DNA of 64,000 nucleotides, from positions 62,001 to 126,000 of the IMG/VR virus record IMGVR_UViG_3300042350_004528; one strand, 5' to 3'. Shown here piece by piece: positions 20,526 to 29,633 of this stretch. The notes below the pieces were generated by a model, which did no database searches, was not told the origin of the DNA, and saw only the letters and a list, made by a program, of their open reading frames with translations. Both the position numbers and the translations under genes were made by a program. Positions within the stretch are counted from its first letter, which is position 1. Each line of letters begins with the position of its first letter.

Positions 20526-21044
20526 TTAAATACCGTTAAATTGATCTGGATCCGCTGTCACACAGCTAATTGTTCTAAAGTAACTTTTATACCCAAATTG
20601 TGTGTGTGCGTTGTCCGAATTTATTTTACCATCATCAAATACCTCAAAGTATTTTAGATTATTTTCTCTGTCCGAATAACCAACAATATCACCATAACTA
20701 ATATCAACACCCTTTTCATCCAATTGCTTGTTTAAAACAGTGAACGACAGATTGCCATATTCTTGATACCTTAATCTACCTTCGGCATATGATTTATTAT
20801 CAGCTTGTTCTAACGACAATAAAACTTTTAATTCAACTGGTGGTAAAAACCTAACCTCACGAGCCTCACTTTCACCATACACATCGTCATTATTACTATT
20901 AACCTTATCTATTCTGTACAAAACAATAGTGAAATTAGCATCCTCCTCAATAACTTCTCTAGCCATATCCAATTCAAGATCAAAATCTTTTTCGTCATAA
21001 AATCGAGATAATCTGGTTATTGGTATCCTATTTTTACGTTCCAT
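20526..21044 (-). CDS. Head closure/neck protein (gp14-like)
   Basis: IVLYRID...DVYGE...GDIV pattern of head-closure proteins; late motif upstream at 21056-21063. Confidence 0.55.
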   Translation of the reverse strand: MERKNRIPITRLSRFYDEKDFDLELDMAREVIEEDANFTIVLYRIDKVNSNNDDVYGESEAREVRFLPPVELKVLLSLEQADNKSYAEGRLRYQEYGNLSFTVLNKQLDEKGVDISYGDIVGYSDRENNLKYFEVFDDGKINSDNAHTQFGYKSYFRTISCVTADPDQFNGI

Positions 21045-21081
21045 ATTATTTTTATTATAAATAGTCTAAACAAACTCTATA

Positions 21082-21112
21082 TTGACTTTATGGAAAATAA
21101 TTACTATTTTTG
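21082..21112 (+). promoter_or_regulatory. Bacteroidota sigma-A-type promoter (TTG-N20-TATTTTTG)
   Basis: Matches TAnnTTTG with canonical spacing, 11 nt before the ATG at 21124. Confidence 0.65.
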
Positions 21113-21123
21113 TCATAAAAAGA

Positions 21124-21627
21124 ATGAGAGATCATATATTAGAATATTGTTCCGTTGATATAATGGAAGAACACATGTTTTTGGACGTTATCTTCGATAA
21201 CGCTTTACTTGGGGTCTGCTATACAATGGAAGATGGGTTTATCCCAGCTTATAATATCGATTTGGTCATCGATAAGATTGCCCAAAATGGTGATTTAACA
21301 TATCAAGAAGCCCTTAATGTTTTTAATAATGATATTTTGGATCGTCATCCAATGATATCTTTTATAAAAAAAAGTGATGAGTCCGAAGAAGAATTATCGG
21401 ATTATAATAAAGAAATGCTATTCTTACCAGATTATAACAAAAACACGCTTGTTGGTGTAAAAATACAACAAGATAGAAATGTGATTGCTGTTTATGATGA
21501 TTTTATGTGTGTTCAATCATTAATGGATGATGGTCTGACGGAAGAAGATGCTATTGAACATTTTGAGTACAACACTCGAGGTTCATATGTAGGAGAAAAC
21601 ACACCTGCGTTTTTAACAATGTTTTAA
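21124..21627 (+). CDS. Hypothetical phage protein with an internal tandem duplication
   Basis: Start moved to ATG 21124 because the promoter occupies 21082-21112. Two similar units; the second ends EDAIEHFEYNTRGSYVGENTP. Confidence 0.7.
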   Translation: MRDHILEYCSVDIMEEHMFLDVIFDNALLGVCYTMEDGFIPAYNIDLVIDKIAQNGDLTYQEALNVFNNDILDRHPMISFIKKSDESEEELSDYNKEMLFLPDYNKNTLVGVKIQQDRNVIAVYDDFMCVQSLMDDGLTEEDAIEHFEYNTRGSYVGENTPAFLTMF

Positions 21628-21629
21628 AA

Positions 21630-23411
21630 ATGAATTTACCAATAGAAAAACTAGCTCTGAATATTTTAAAAACATATGAGGGTGCTAACGATTATATACG
21701 ACAAATACAAAAAGATTTTTTCAAAAATAAATCTTTTATACCAACAAAAAATCAATCTGATTATATCATAAAATTTCATAATATTGCACCGCATAGTGTA
21801 AAAAAAGAAGTTGCGATACACAAATCTTGTAGGGAATTTGTTAAAGACCAATTAAAATTAGATTTTTTACCAGATAAAATTTATATAGATAAGTTATTAT
21901 CCAGAAAAGAAGATATGCTCCATATCTGGGGTTGTTTTGGTGGGGATTGTGGTTATTATCAAACAATATTCATTTCAAAGGAATGTATAAAAAAATTAAA
22001 AAAAGTACCAGAAATTGACTTTTCAAAATACGAAAGGGAGCCAAAACCACATCAAATAGAGGCAATAAATAAATTACTTGAAAATGAAAAATTTATTTTG
22101 GCGGATGATATGGGTCTTGGTAAAACCACATCTTCCATAATAGCCGCACTTGAAGGTGGTTTTAAAAAAATATTGGTTGTATGTCCAGCATCTTTAAAGT
22201 TAAACTGGAAAAAGGAAATAATGAATTATGATTCTGGCGATAACATTTCAATAGTTGATGGAGTCGATTTCAGAGCAAAAAAATGGACTATCGTAAACTA
22301 CGATATTTTAAAGAATTTCCATTACTTACCACAAAGGGGTGTTAAATTATCTGATTTACCCCCATCACCAATAGATTTTCATAAATTTGATTTGGTTATT
22401 GCTGACGAAGCACATTATTTAAAGAACTCAACATCAAATCGAACAAAGATTTTTAACAATTTTACATCAAAAATACAAAATAGATGGTTCTTAACTGGAA
22501 CACCAATAACAAACAAACCTGTTGATTTTTATAATTTATTATACCTATGCGAATCTCCGATTGCAATAAACTGGATGTTTTATGTTAGAAGATATTGTGC
22601 GGCAAAACAATTTAATAGAAAAGGTAGTAAACAAAAATATTGGGTAACCTCTGGCGCATCTAACTTAGACGAACTTAGGGAATACTCTGCTGATTGTATA
22701 CTGAGAAGAACTAAAAAAGATTCGATCGACTTACCACAAAAAACAATAAAACCAATATACTTACCAATAGAATTGTGTACAAACTACAATAGTTACATTG
22801 CTGAATATGAGGCGTGGGTTGAGGAAATGTTGGCTATTGGTGAAAAACCATCAGTTACCGATCACCTAACAAAACTAATAAAAGTTAGGCAACTTTTATC
22901 CCATGATAAAACAAAACACACAATTGAGTTAGCTGAAGATTTAATTGAAAACGGTCATAAAGTTATTATATTCAGTTGTTTCACGCAATCCATAAACTCA
23001 ATACATGAACATTTTGGTAAAAGTTCTGTGATAATAGATGGTTCCGTATCAAAAGAAAAAAGACAACTTGCGGTAGATAGGTTTCAATCAGACGACAAAG
23101 TAAAAGTTTTCTGCGGTAATATAGTTGCTGCTGGTGTTGGTTTAACTTTAACTGAAGGTACGATTGTTATATTCAACGACCTAGATTGGACACCAACTAA
23201 TCATGCACAAGCTGAAGATAGGGCCCATAGGATTGGACAAGTTAATGATGTTCACATTATATACCCACTATTTGATGAGACTTTAGATGTCATAATGTTC
23301 AACACATTAAGACGAAAAATGAAAATAATCAACCAGGTTATGGGAGATAATATGATTACCGATGACTTATCGGTTGGTCAAGAAGTGATTAAAGATTTAA
23401 TGAAACAATAA
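21630..23411 (+). CDS. SNF2/SWI2-family helicase (HARP/SMARCAL1-like)
   Basis: LADDMGLGKT (Walker A), IADEAH (DEAH), LTGTP, AGVGLTLT, QAEDRAHRIGQ. Confidence 0.93.
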   Translation: MNLPIEKLALNILKTYEGANDYIRQIQKDFFKNKSFIPTKNQSDYIIKFHNIAPHSVKKEVAIHKSCREFVKDQLKLDFLPDKIYIDKLLSRKEDMLHIWGCFGGDCGYYQTIFISKECIKKLKKVPEIDFSKYEREPKPHQIEAINKLLENEKFILADDMGLGKTTSSIIAALEGGFKKILVVCPASLKLNWKKEIMNYDSGDNISIVDGVDFRAKKWTIVNYDILKNFHYLPQRGVKLSDLPPSPIDFHKFDLVIADEAHYLKNSTSNRTKIFNNFTSKIQNRWFLTGTPITNKPVDFYNLLYLCESPIAINWMFYVRRYCAAKQFNRKGSKQKYWVTSGASNLDELREYSADCILRRTKKDSIDLPQKTIKPIYLPIELCTNYNSYIAEYEAWVEEMLAIGEKPSVTDHLTKLIKVRQLLSHDKTKHTIELAEDLIENGHKVIIFSCFTQSINSIHEHFGKSSVIIDGSVSKEKRQLAVDRFQSDDKVKVFCGNIVAAGVGLTLTEGTIVIFNDLDWTPTNHAQAEDRAHRIGQVNDVHIIYPLFDETLDVIMFNTLRRKMKIINQVMGDNMITDDLSVGQEVIKDLMKQ

Positions 23412-24563
23412 GAATGAGTATTTAACGTCAGCTCTTTGAGCCCCGATGTCACCCTCACCTTTTGGCGCAATCATTACATTATATTGTAGCGGTTGACCTT
23501 CTGGCGTTTTAATCAATTCATCGTAGGTTAAAATTGTTTGTGGATCCACATTATAAGTTAACCCAAGTCTACTTTTTAATATTTCAGCCCCGTTTTCTTT
23601 AGCATAAACAGGTCTACCTTTATCATCAAGTACATAATTACGTTTACTATCATCTTTTAAATAAAGATCATCAAACAATTCTTTTGGTACTGTTTCAGCT
23701 TGCTTTTTATCCTCAAGATTTTTTATTTTTGATCTTTCTCTTTTGTTAGCGTCTGTTGAAAAGTTAACAACCATATCTGGATCAGACAAATTAACAACAT
23801 CGCCCATTTTAGTATATGCGTATGATTTAACATTATAACCCTCAGCCTTAAGTTCCTTGGTTATATTTAAAGCGATTTGTAAATATTTCTTTGTAAAAAA
23901 GTCACCAGCATCATTCCATCTAAATTCAATAACAGCATCTGGGTTTTTAACTGCAACAACCTCTAATTCGTTTTTAAGTAATTTTTCAAATCTAGCTGGA
24001 TAATTAAGTAACAAATTTAATATTCTAGTTTGATTAACAAAAACATCTGGATATAAAACATAACTACCTTTTCTTGCATAACATATTGTAGCACAAGCAC
24101 CAGCGCCTGGACAAGTGTTAACAAAATAAAATTGGGAATTTTCAATATCATAAACCAAACCGCGAAGAGCTGGTATACCGATATTAACAGATATAACACC
24201 ACCATCGGTTGATTTTTTCATTTTATCGTTAACGCTAATAAGCTTATTTGGCATTGATGTTATATTCTTTATAAAAGAATCAATATCGATTTCACCAGAT
24301 GCAGTCTTTGGTATTCTTTTATTGTGTATATAAGGTTTATCTGGGGATAATTTTTCCCTATCCTTTGGTTTTTTTTCTTGGTTATCTAAAATCGTATTTA
24401 AATACTCAACCAAAGCTGGGCCCATAATACATTTTTTACTAACATCAGCAAACTCCCCTTCCCAATCAATTTCATTTAACTCTTCTTCGGTAATCATTTC
24501 ACCAGATAACATTTTCATTCTGGTAATCTCTTCAAATAATATAGCGTTTTTATATTTATCCAT
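23397..24563 (-). CDS. GP88-like protein (Cys-cluster, radical-SAM-like) with an acidic N-terminal leader
   Basis: NTCPGAGACATICYA and FRWNDAGDF...AYTK are typical of the phage gene-product-88 family. Confidence 0.7.
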   Translation of the reverse strand: MDKYKNAILFEEITRMKMLSGEMITEEELNEIDWEGEFADVSKKCIMGPALVEYLNTILDNQEKKPKDREKLSPDKPYIHNKRIPKTASGEIDIDSFIKNITSMPNKLISVNDKMKKSTDGGVISVNIGIPALRGLVYDIENSQFYFVNTCPGAGACATICYARKGSYVLYPDVFVNQTRILNLLLNYPARFEKLLKNELEVVAVKNPDAVIEFRWNDAGDFFTKKYLQIALNITKELKAEGYNVKSYAYTKMGDVVNLSDPDMVVNFSTDANKRERSKIKNLEDKKQAETVPKELFDDLYLKDDSKRNYVLDDKGRPVYAKENGAEILKSRLGLTYNVDPQTILTYDELIKTPEGQPLQYNVMIAPKGEGDIGAQRADVKYSFLLFH

Positions 24564-24570
24564 TATATCC

Positions 24571-24590
24571 GATATTTATAGATAAATATC
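24571..24590. promoter_or_regulatory. Palindromic back-to-back late promoter motif GATATTTAT-AG-ATAAATATC
   Basis: Perfect 9-bp inverted repeat in the 33-bp gap between divergent genes. Confidence 0.6.
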
Positions 24591-24596
24591 ATTACC

Positions 24597-25688
24597 ATGA
24601 GAATAAATCCAGAAGAAAAACAAAAGATATTTAAACAAGTCAAACACAGATTAGGGGCCCCTATTAGAAAAATACAGCTTGAAGAGGAGCAAATGGATAG
24701 TTTATTAGAAATTGCCACAGAAGATTATATTGAATTTATTCAAAACTACATAATCGAACACCAATGGCCCGCTTTGATTGGGCTAAACGTGTCTGAGGCT
24801 GATCTAACTAGAGCTTTTATCACTAGGGGGCAAGATTTTGTGACCCAATATACTTATTCCTATTCAAAAATTGTTGGACTTGGCGCTGGAGAAGGTGGCT
24901 TTGTTCTTAAAAAAGATTTTATTGAACTAGTTAAAGGTCAACAAATTTATGAGGTGCCAGCAAATCGTGAAATAAATGAGGTCATGTGGTTTACACCAGC
25001 AACTATCGACCAAGCGGTAATCGACCCGTTTATTGGTGTTTGGAGTAATGCGTTTGGTGGTGAATATATTGGTCTTGGTAGTTATTACATTTTACCAGCG
25101 TTTGATATTTTAATGAGAGCGTCAGATAGAAATCTTAAAAACAGAATCGTTAGATCTGAATTAATTTACAAAATAACAAACGCCCCAAATGGAAAAAAGT
25201 ATATACATTTAATGAATACCCCTGGTGATCGTTACGATTTTAGAAGTAGTCTTTTTGACCAGGGTAAGGTTTGGTATTGGTATTACGACATTAACCCACA
25301 AGATAAAGACGCTTGTTTTAGGGCAAATAAAGACATAATAAAATCGCCTATGGATGTACCATTGGATAATATGTCGTTTGATGATTTAAATGACCCATCA
25401 AAAGTTTGGGTTAGACGATATTTTACTGCACTTTGTAAAGAAACCCTTGGTAGGGTTAGAGGTACATTTGGTGGTAAAATACCAGTACCAGATGCACAAA
25501 TGGAAATTGAATATCAGTCATTATTATCTGAAGGTAAAGATGAGATGGTAACTTTAAAAACGGAATTAAGCACTATGTTAGGTAGGTTAAGTCCACTTGA
25601 AATACTTAAAAGAGTTTCTGAAGAAGCTACTTATGTAAACACATCATTAAAATTCAGGGCGTTTCCTAAACCAATTAAAGTAATTTAA
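24597..25688 (+). CDS. Neck/head-tail adaptor protein (T4 gp13-like)
   Basis: RLGAPIRKIQLEEEQMD...; WVRRYFTALCKETLGRVRGTF pattern of gp13-like neck proteins. Confidence 0.8.
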   Translation: MRINPEEKQKIFKQVKHRLGAPIRKIQLEEEQMDSLLEIATEDYIEFIQNYIIEHQWPALIGLNVSEADLTRAFITRGQDFVTQYTYSYSKIVGLGAGEGGFVLKKDFIELVKGQQIYEVPANREINEVMWFTPATIDQAVIDPFIGVWSNAFGGEYIGLGSYYILPAFDILMRASDRNLKNRIVRSELIYKITNAPNGKKYIHLMNTPGDRYDFRSSLFDQGKVWYWYYDINPQDKDACFRANKDIIKSPMDVPLDNMSFDDLNDPSKVWVRRYFTALCKETLGRVRGTFGGKIPVPDAQMEIEYQSLLSEGKDEMVTLKTELSTMLGRLSPLEILKRVSEEATYVNTSLKFRAFPKPIKVI

Positions 25689-25692
25689 TATT

Positions 25693-26019
25693 ATGGCAAA
25701 TATCACAAAAATAGATTTAACAAGACAGGCTAAATTAAATGAATTAACTTTACCTGAAGTTGAAAACTTAATTGAGGAAGGTGAAACTCTTTTATATAAA
25801 AAAACAGATGGGTCACTAGGTATGGTCACAAAAGAATCTGGGGTTGCTAGTGAAGTTAATCCAGGTGGTGATGTGATAAAAAATTTACCGATACCCCCAC
25901 TACCAGTATCATTTCCCGACCCATTTGAGGGGTACGCCCTTACTGTTGTAAGAGATGGTTTTAATTTTAAATTGGTATGGGCACTTGTTGACACAAATAT
26001 TGATTATAACACACCATGA
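25693..26019 (+). CDS. Small structural protein, paralogue of the N-terminus of the next gene
   Basis: Shares GDVIK.L...LP..FP...GYAL..V.DG.NFKLVW.LVDTN..YN with 26016..27686. Confidence 0.75.
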   Translation: MANITKIDLTRQAKLNELTLPEVENLIEEGETLLYKKTDGSLGMVTKESGVASEVNPGGDVIKNLPIPPLPVSFPDPFEGYALTVVRDGFNFKLVWALVDTNIDYNTP

Positions 26020-27686
26020 GCGCAGTTTCTAAATTATTTACAACTGAACAATTAAAAATATCACAATTAAATTTTGGTGATTTAAATGCTATTTTATCTG
26101 ATGGCGAAAGTACTATTTACGTTGACGCAAACAATGTTTTAAAAATTGCAACAAAAAATGGTTTGTTAGTTGAAGAAAAAAATGCGGCGGGTGATGTAAT
26201 AAAATCATTAGATGCTGACGAATTACCAAGTACTTTTCCTTTGGCAAATACTGGGTATGCGTTAATTGCGGTTCAAGACGGTACTAATTTTAAATTAGTT
26301 TGGGGTTTAGTTGACACCAATGGTAATTATAATGTGATTGGCGGATCCACAACTTATACTGTGGTGTTCACCGACCCATCGGTACAAATATTTAATCCAG
26401 CAACCCCAGGCAATTATCCGTTTAATGGTATTATTAATATAACTGTTTCTGGTGATGGCGCACTTGCGGGTAAACGATATAGTATTGATGGCGGAACGAC
26501 ATTCACATCAATATTATACACACCAAGCTATGAATGGCAAACACTTGGTAGTTTAACTGGTGAAACATATAATTTAATTGTTGAAGATGTTAATAACGAA
26601 ACTTTACATACCGATACCATAACATTAAATCCGCCAGATTATAGCTGGGATTTTATAAGTCAAGGTTTATATACCCCACCAGATTTAATCCCAGTTGAAC
26701 ATTTAATTTATAAAAGCGATGATACAAACCCAACTATACCTGGTATCGAAATTCGCGTAAAAGTTATCGTAGAAGATGATGGGGCGGATTATTACCCAGC
26801 TTTATATAAATACGATTTTTATCTCGATGGCATCTTGATTTTAGATTCGCCTTATACACAAGACACAGAATACGTGATAAGCTCTGGTGTGGGTACTGGC
26901 GAAGGTACTTGGACAGCGGTTGTTACCAGAAAAAACCCAGGTTATGTTCGTTTAGGGGTTTTAAATATATTCAGTTCTCCAACATATTACCCAAGTGTTT
27001 TTACTTGGTCAACCGACAACGGAAATACGTTTTCTTCACCAGCGAATAATACACCACCATTTAGTTTAAATCCAATAACAAATGAAATTACTATATCATA
27101 TTCAGCGGATTCGTTAGATGTTGGGTCAAATAAAACAATATATATGAAAGAAGGTTTTAATATATATCAATATACCCACAGTTTAACACAATCACCAATT
27201 ACATCAGTTGAAATTAATCCTGGTGTGCTCGTTACTGGTACAACTGGCCTCATTAATGATTTTAATTTTTCCAGCTCATTTATTTTTAGCGATAGCTACG
27301 ATATACCAAATATTATACCTAGAAATAGCCCAATGTGGTCAAGTCCTTCACCAGGTGCAACTTTAAGTTTTAAAATTTTATATTTGGATACATCTTATTA
27401 TGGTTCTTTAACAACACAATTATCATTGAGAATTGAAGATATAAATGGAACTTTAGTGGCAACAGAAATTGCGACATTATCAAATGACGACCCCATTAAT
27501 GGACAAGAGTTTTCTTTTAATATACCCAATTTTGACACATTAATTGGCTCTCCACCCACTGGTTTTAGTTTATTTGGAGAAGTTATCAGGTTTAGATTTA
27601 CATTTACTCCAGATAATACGGTTATGCCACCGAATCCAGACAACGATATTTTATCTAAATTAAAATTTGTTAAATTTTTACCATAA
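26016..27686 (+). CDS. Fibre/whisker-like structural protein with Ig/beta-rich domains
   Basis: Shared N-terminal module followed by beta-rich sequence (RYSIDGGTTF); follows the neck gene. Confidence 0.55.
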   Translation: MSAVSKLFTTEQLKISQLNFGDLNAILSDGESTIYVDANNVLKIATKNGLLVEEKNAAGDVIKSLDADELPSTFPLANTGYALIAVQDGTNFKLVWGLVDTNGNYNVIGGSTTYTVVFTDPSVQIFNPATPGNYPFNGIINITVSGDGALAGKRYSIDGGTTFTSILYTPSYEWQTLGSLTGETYNLIVEDVNNETLHTDTITLNPPDYSWDFISQGLYTPPDLIPVEHLIYKSDDTNPTIPGIEIRVKVIVEDDGADYYPALYKYDFYLDGILILDSPYTQDTEYVISSGVGTGEGTWTAVVTRKNPGYVRLGVLNIFSSPTYYPSVFTWSTDNGNTFSSPANNTPPFSLNPITNEITISYSADSLDVGSNKTIYMKEGFNIYQYTHSLTQSPITSVEINPGVLVTGTTGLINDFNFSSSFIFSDSYDIPNIIPRNSPMWSSPSPGATLSFKILYLDTSYYGSLTTQLSLRIEDINGTLVATEIATLSNDDPINGQEFSFNIPNFDTLIGSPPTGFSLFGEVIRFRFTFTPDNTVMPPNPDNDILSKLKFVKFLP

Positions 27687-27692
27687 TATTAT

Positions 27693-29168
27693 ATGTTTAA
27701 AACTGAGTTAGAAAAAGGAACTTACTATGATTTTGTCTTAACAAACGATTGTAGATCATTTAATAGAAATATTAACAATAGTCTTTTATTTCATATTGAT
27801 GTTACGGAAGATTTATGTGATAAATCTGGTTTTAAGTTAAAAGAAGATGTATTGATAAAAAATATATCACTAACTGGTTATGATAATTTTTTTATACCAG
27901 CAGAAAATTCATTGTCAGGCGTCATAATCGATCCAGAAATTGAATATCAATTTATATCTGGCGACACATTTTGTCTTCATGAAGTTTCTGGTTACACAAA
28001 AAACCTTAAATATAATATAGAAGAGCACGGGGGTTATAACCAATTAGATGGCGGTTTTTATCAAGGTTTTTTTAAATTATTTGGTTATCCAGTTGAATTT
28101 TTCCCATCAAGAATGAGAAAGGGGTGGACTGTTAACATGTTATTACATTTACCAACTGGAGCAACGAGTGGGACAACAACTGGAGCAACGAGTGGGACAA
28201 CATTAAATGATATTTTTAACAATCCAGGTTTTGTTTTTTACATTGGAACACGAGCTGAAAATAAATTTTCAGATTTAACCGATGTTGAGGTTACAAAATT
28301 AAAAGATGATTACTCGTTTCAATTTTTAGACACATATAATTTATATACCGTAAATTATTACACGTTAAACGGTTTACCATATACTGGTTATTTTAATTAT
28401 TATAATGGTATACCTTACATTGGTAGATCGTATAATTCACTAACATCAGTCCCGTTAACATATAACAACAAATATAAAGACATTTTAAATAATGCATTGG
28501 GTATAAGAATTACACCAGATGGAAGAGTGGGTTATAGGACAATATATGAAACGGATCCTTGCTACACTGGACAAACACAAGAGGTTAGTGGTATAACAAA
28601 CAACTCGTTTATTGATTATACATTACTCTGTGATGATTTTACAACACACAAAATTATCACAAAATATTTCACAATTGAAGATTCGTATACAAAATTACCT
28701 GTTGTAAACCTTTCGGACGAAAAATACGTGTTAGTCACAGTTACATTTGAGAGAGATTTTAGTTATGACAATAAGTGTCAATTAAAATATGGTGAATATA
28801 AGAAAGGTGCTTTAAGTATTTTATTAAACGGATTTACGGTTTATCGTAATCATAAATTTACTGAAATTATACCTCATGAGTTAGACGTTGAATCAAAATA
28901 TCAAGAAGGTGTTCCTTTTAATATATCATATGGTGGCGGTACACAAGGATTGTATGAAGCGGTTTATTTAGATGGGGCCAAAGAGGTTGACGGCATACTT
29001 GAAAAGTTTTTTGCTGGAACATTTGATGGTGGTGTTAAATTTATCGAAATGTACTCAACCCCATTATATTCTATTGAAATAAGGGATACAATTAAAAATA
29101 AATTATCAGAATACGATTTATTTTTCCCAAAAGGAGGTAGGCGTGTATTTATTAAAAACATAATCTAA
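27693..29168 (+). CDS. Hypothetical structural protein (beta-sandwich-like) with a TGATSGTT duplication
   Basis: 491-aa ORF in the neck/fibre operon. Confidence 0.6.
   Translation: MFKTELEKGTYYDFVLTNDCRSFNRNINNSLLFHIDVTEDLCDKSGFKLKEDVLIKNISLTGYDNFFIPAENSLSGVIIDPEIEYQFISGDTFCLHEVSGYTKNLKYNIEEHGGYNQLDGGFYQGFFKLFGYPVEFFPSRMRKGWTVNMLLHLPTGATSGTTTGATSGTTLNDIFNNPGFVFYIGTRAENKFSDLTDVEVTKLKDDYSFQFLDTYNLYTVNYYTLNGLPYTGYFNYYNGIPYIGRSYNSLTSVPLTYNNKYKDILNNALGIRITPDGRVGYRTIYETDPCYTGQTQEVSGITNNSFIDYTLLCDDFTTHKIITKYFTIEDSYTKLPVVNLSDEKYVLVTVTFERDFSYDNKCQLKYGEYKKGALSILLNGFTVYRNHKFTEIIPHELDVESKYQEGVPFNISYGGGTQGLYEAVYLDGAKEVDGILEKFFAGTFDGGVKFIEMYSTPLYSIEIRDTIKNKLSEYDLFFPKGGRRVFIKNII
28153..28202 (+). repeat. 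Perfect 24-bp tandem duplication (CAACTGGAGCAACGAGTGGGACAA x2)
   Basis: Read directly; encodes TGATSGTT twice. Confidence 0.95.
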
Positions 29169-29572
29169 TGGTATTTTCAATAAGACAATATTCAACTTTA
29201 CCCACATTAAAAATGAGGTTATACCGAGATGGTAGAAACGATTATAATCGTTTTGAGGAGTTATTGGAAAATTCCGTTATAACTTTCGCTATGAAAGAAG
29301 AAAAAACTGGAATTTATAAAATAGCAAACAAAGAAGCTAAAATTATTTTAAAAGATCCTTGTTCCGAAAATAGTAAAAAAGAATATTACATAGCGTATGA
29401 TTTTACCAGTGAAGATACTGAAAAACCTGGGATTTACATAGGCGAGTTCAAAATTAATTTTTTGGATGCAACACTACAACCTAATGGCGAACTTATCGTT
29501 CCTATCGGCGAACAATTGTATATTCATATCCTTGATTCTTTCGTAAAAAACGACATCACATATATAAATTAA
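29168..29572 (+). CDS. BppU-N/Ig-like baseplate or fibre adaptor protein
   Basis: TLPTLKMRL...ITFAM...YDFTSEDT..PG.Y.GEF pattern of BppU N-terminal-like domains. Confidence 0.55.
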   Translation: MVFSIRQYSTLPTLKMRLYRDGRNDYNRFEELLENSVITFAMKEEKTGIYKIANKEAKIILKDPCSENSKKEYYIAYDFTSEDTEKPGIYIGEFKINFLDATLQPNGELIVPIGEQLYIHILDSFVKNDITYIN

Positions 29573-29581
29573 CGGCCAGGA

Positions 29582-29613
29582 TTTGCTTTTTAATGAATAG
29601 TTTACTATCTTTG
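29582..29613 (+). promoter_or_regulatory. Bacteroidota sigma-A promoter TTTG-N20-TATCTTTG for DNA polymerase
   Basis: Exact match to the -33/-7 consensus, 20 nt before the ATG at 29634. Confidence 0.8.
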
Positions 29614-29633
29614 TGGCAAATTTGGGGTAAAAT

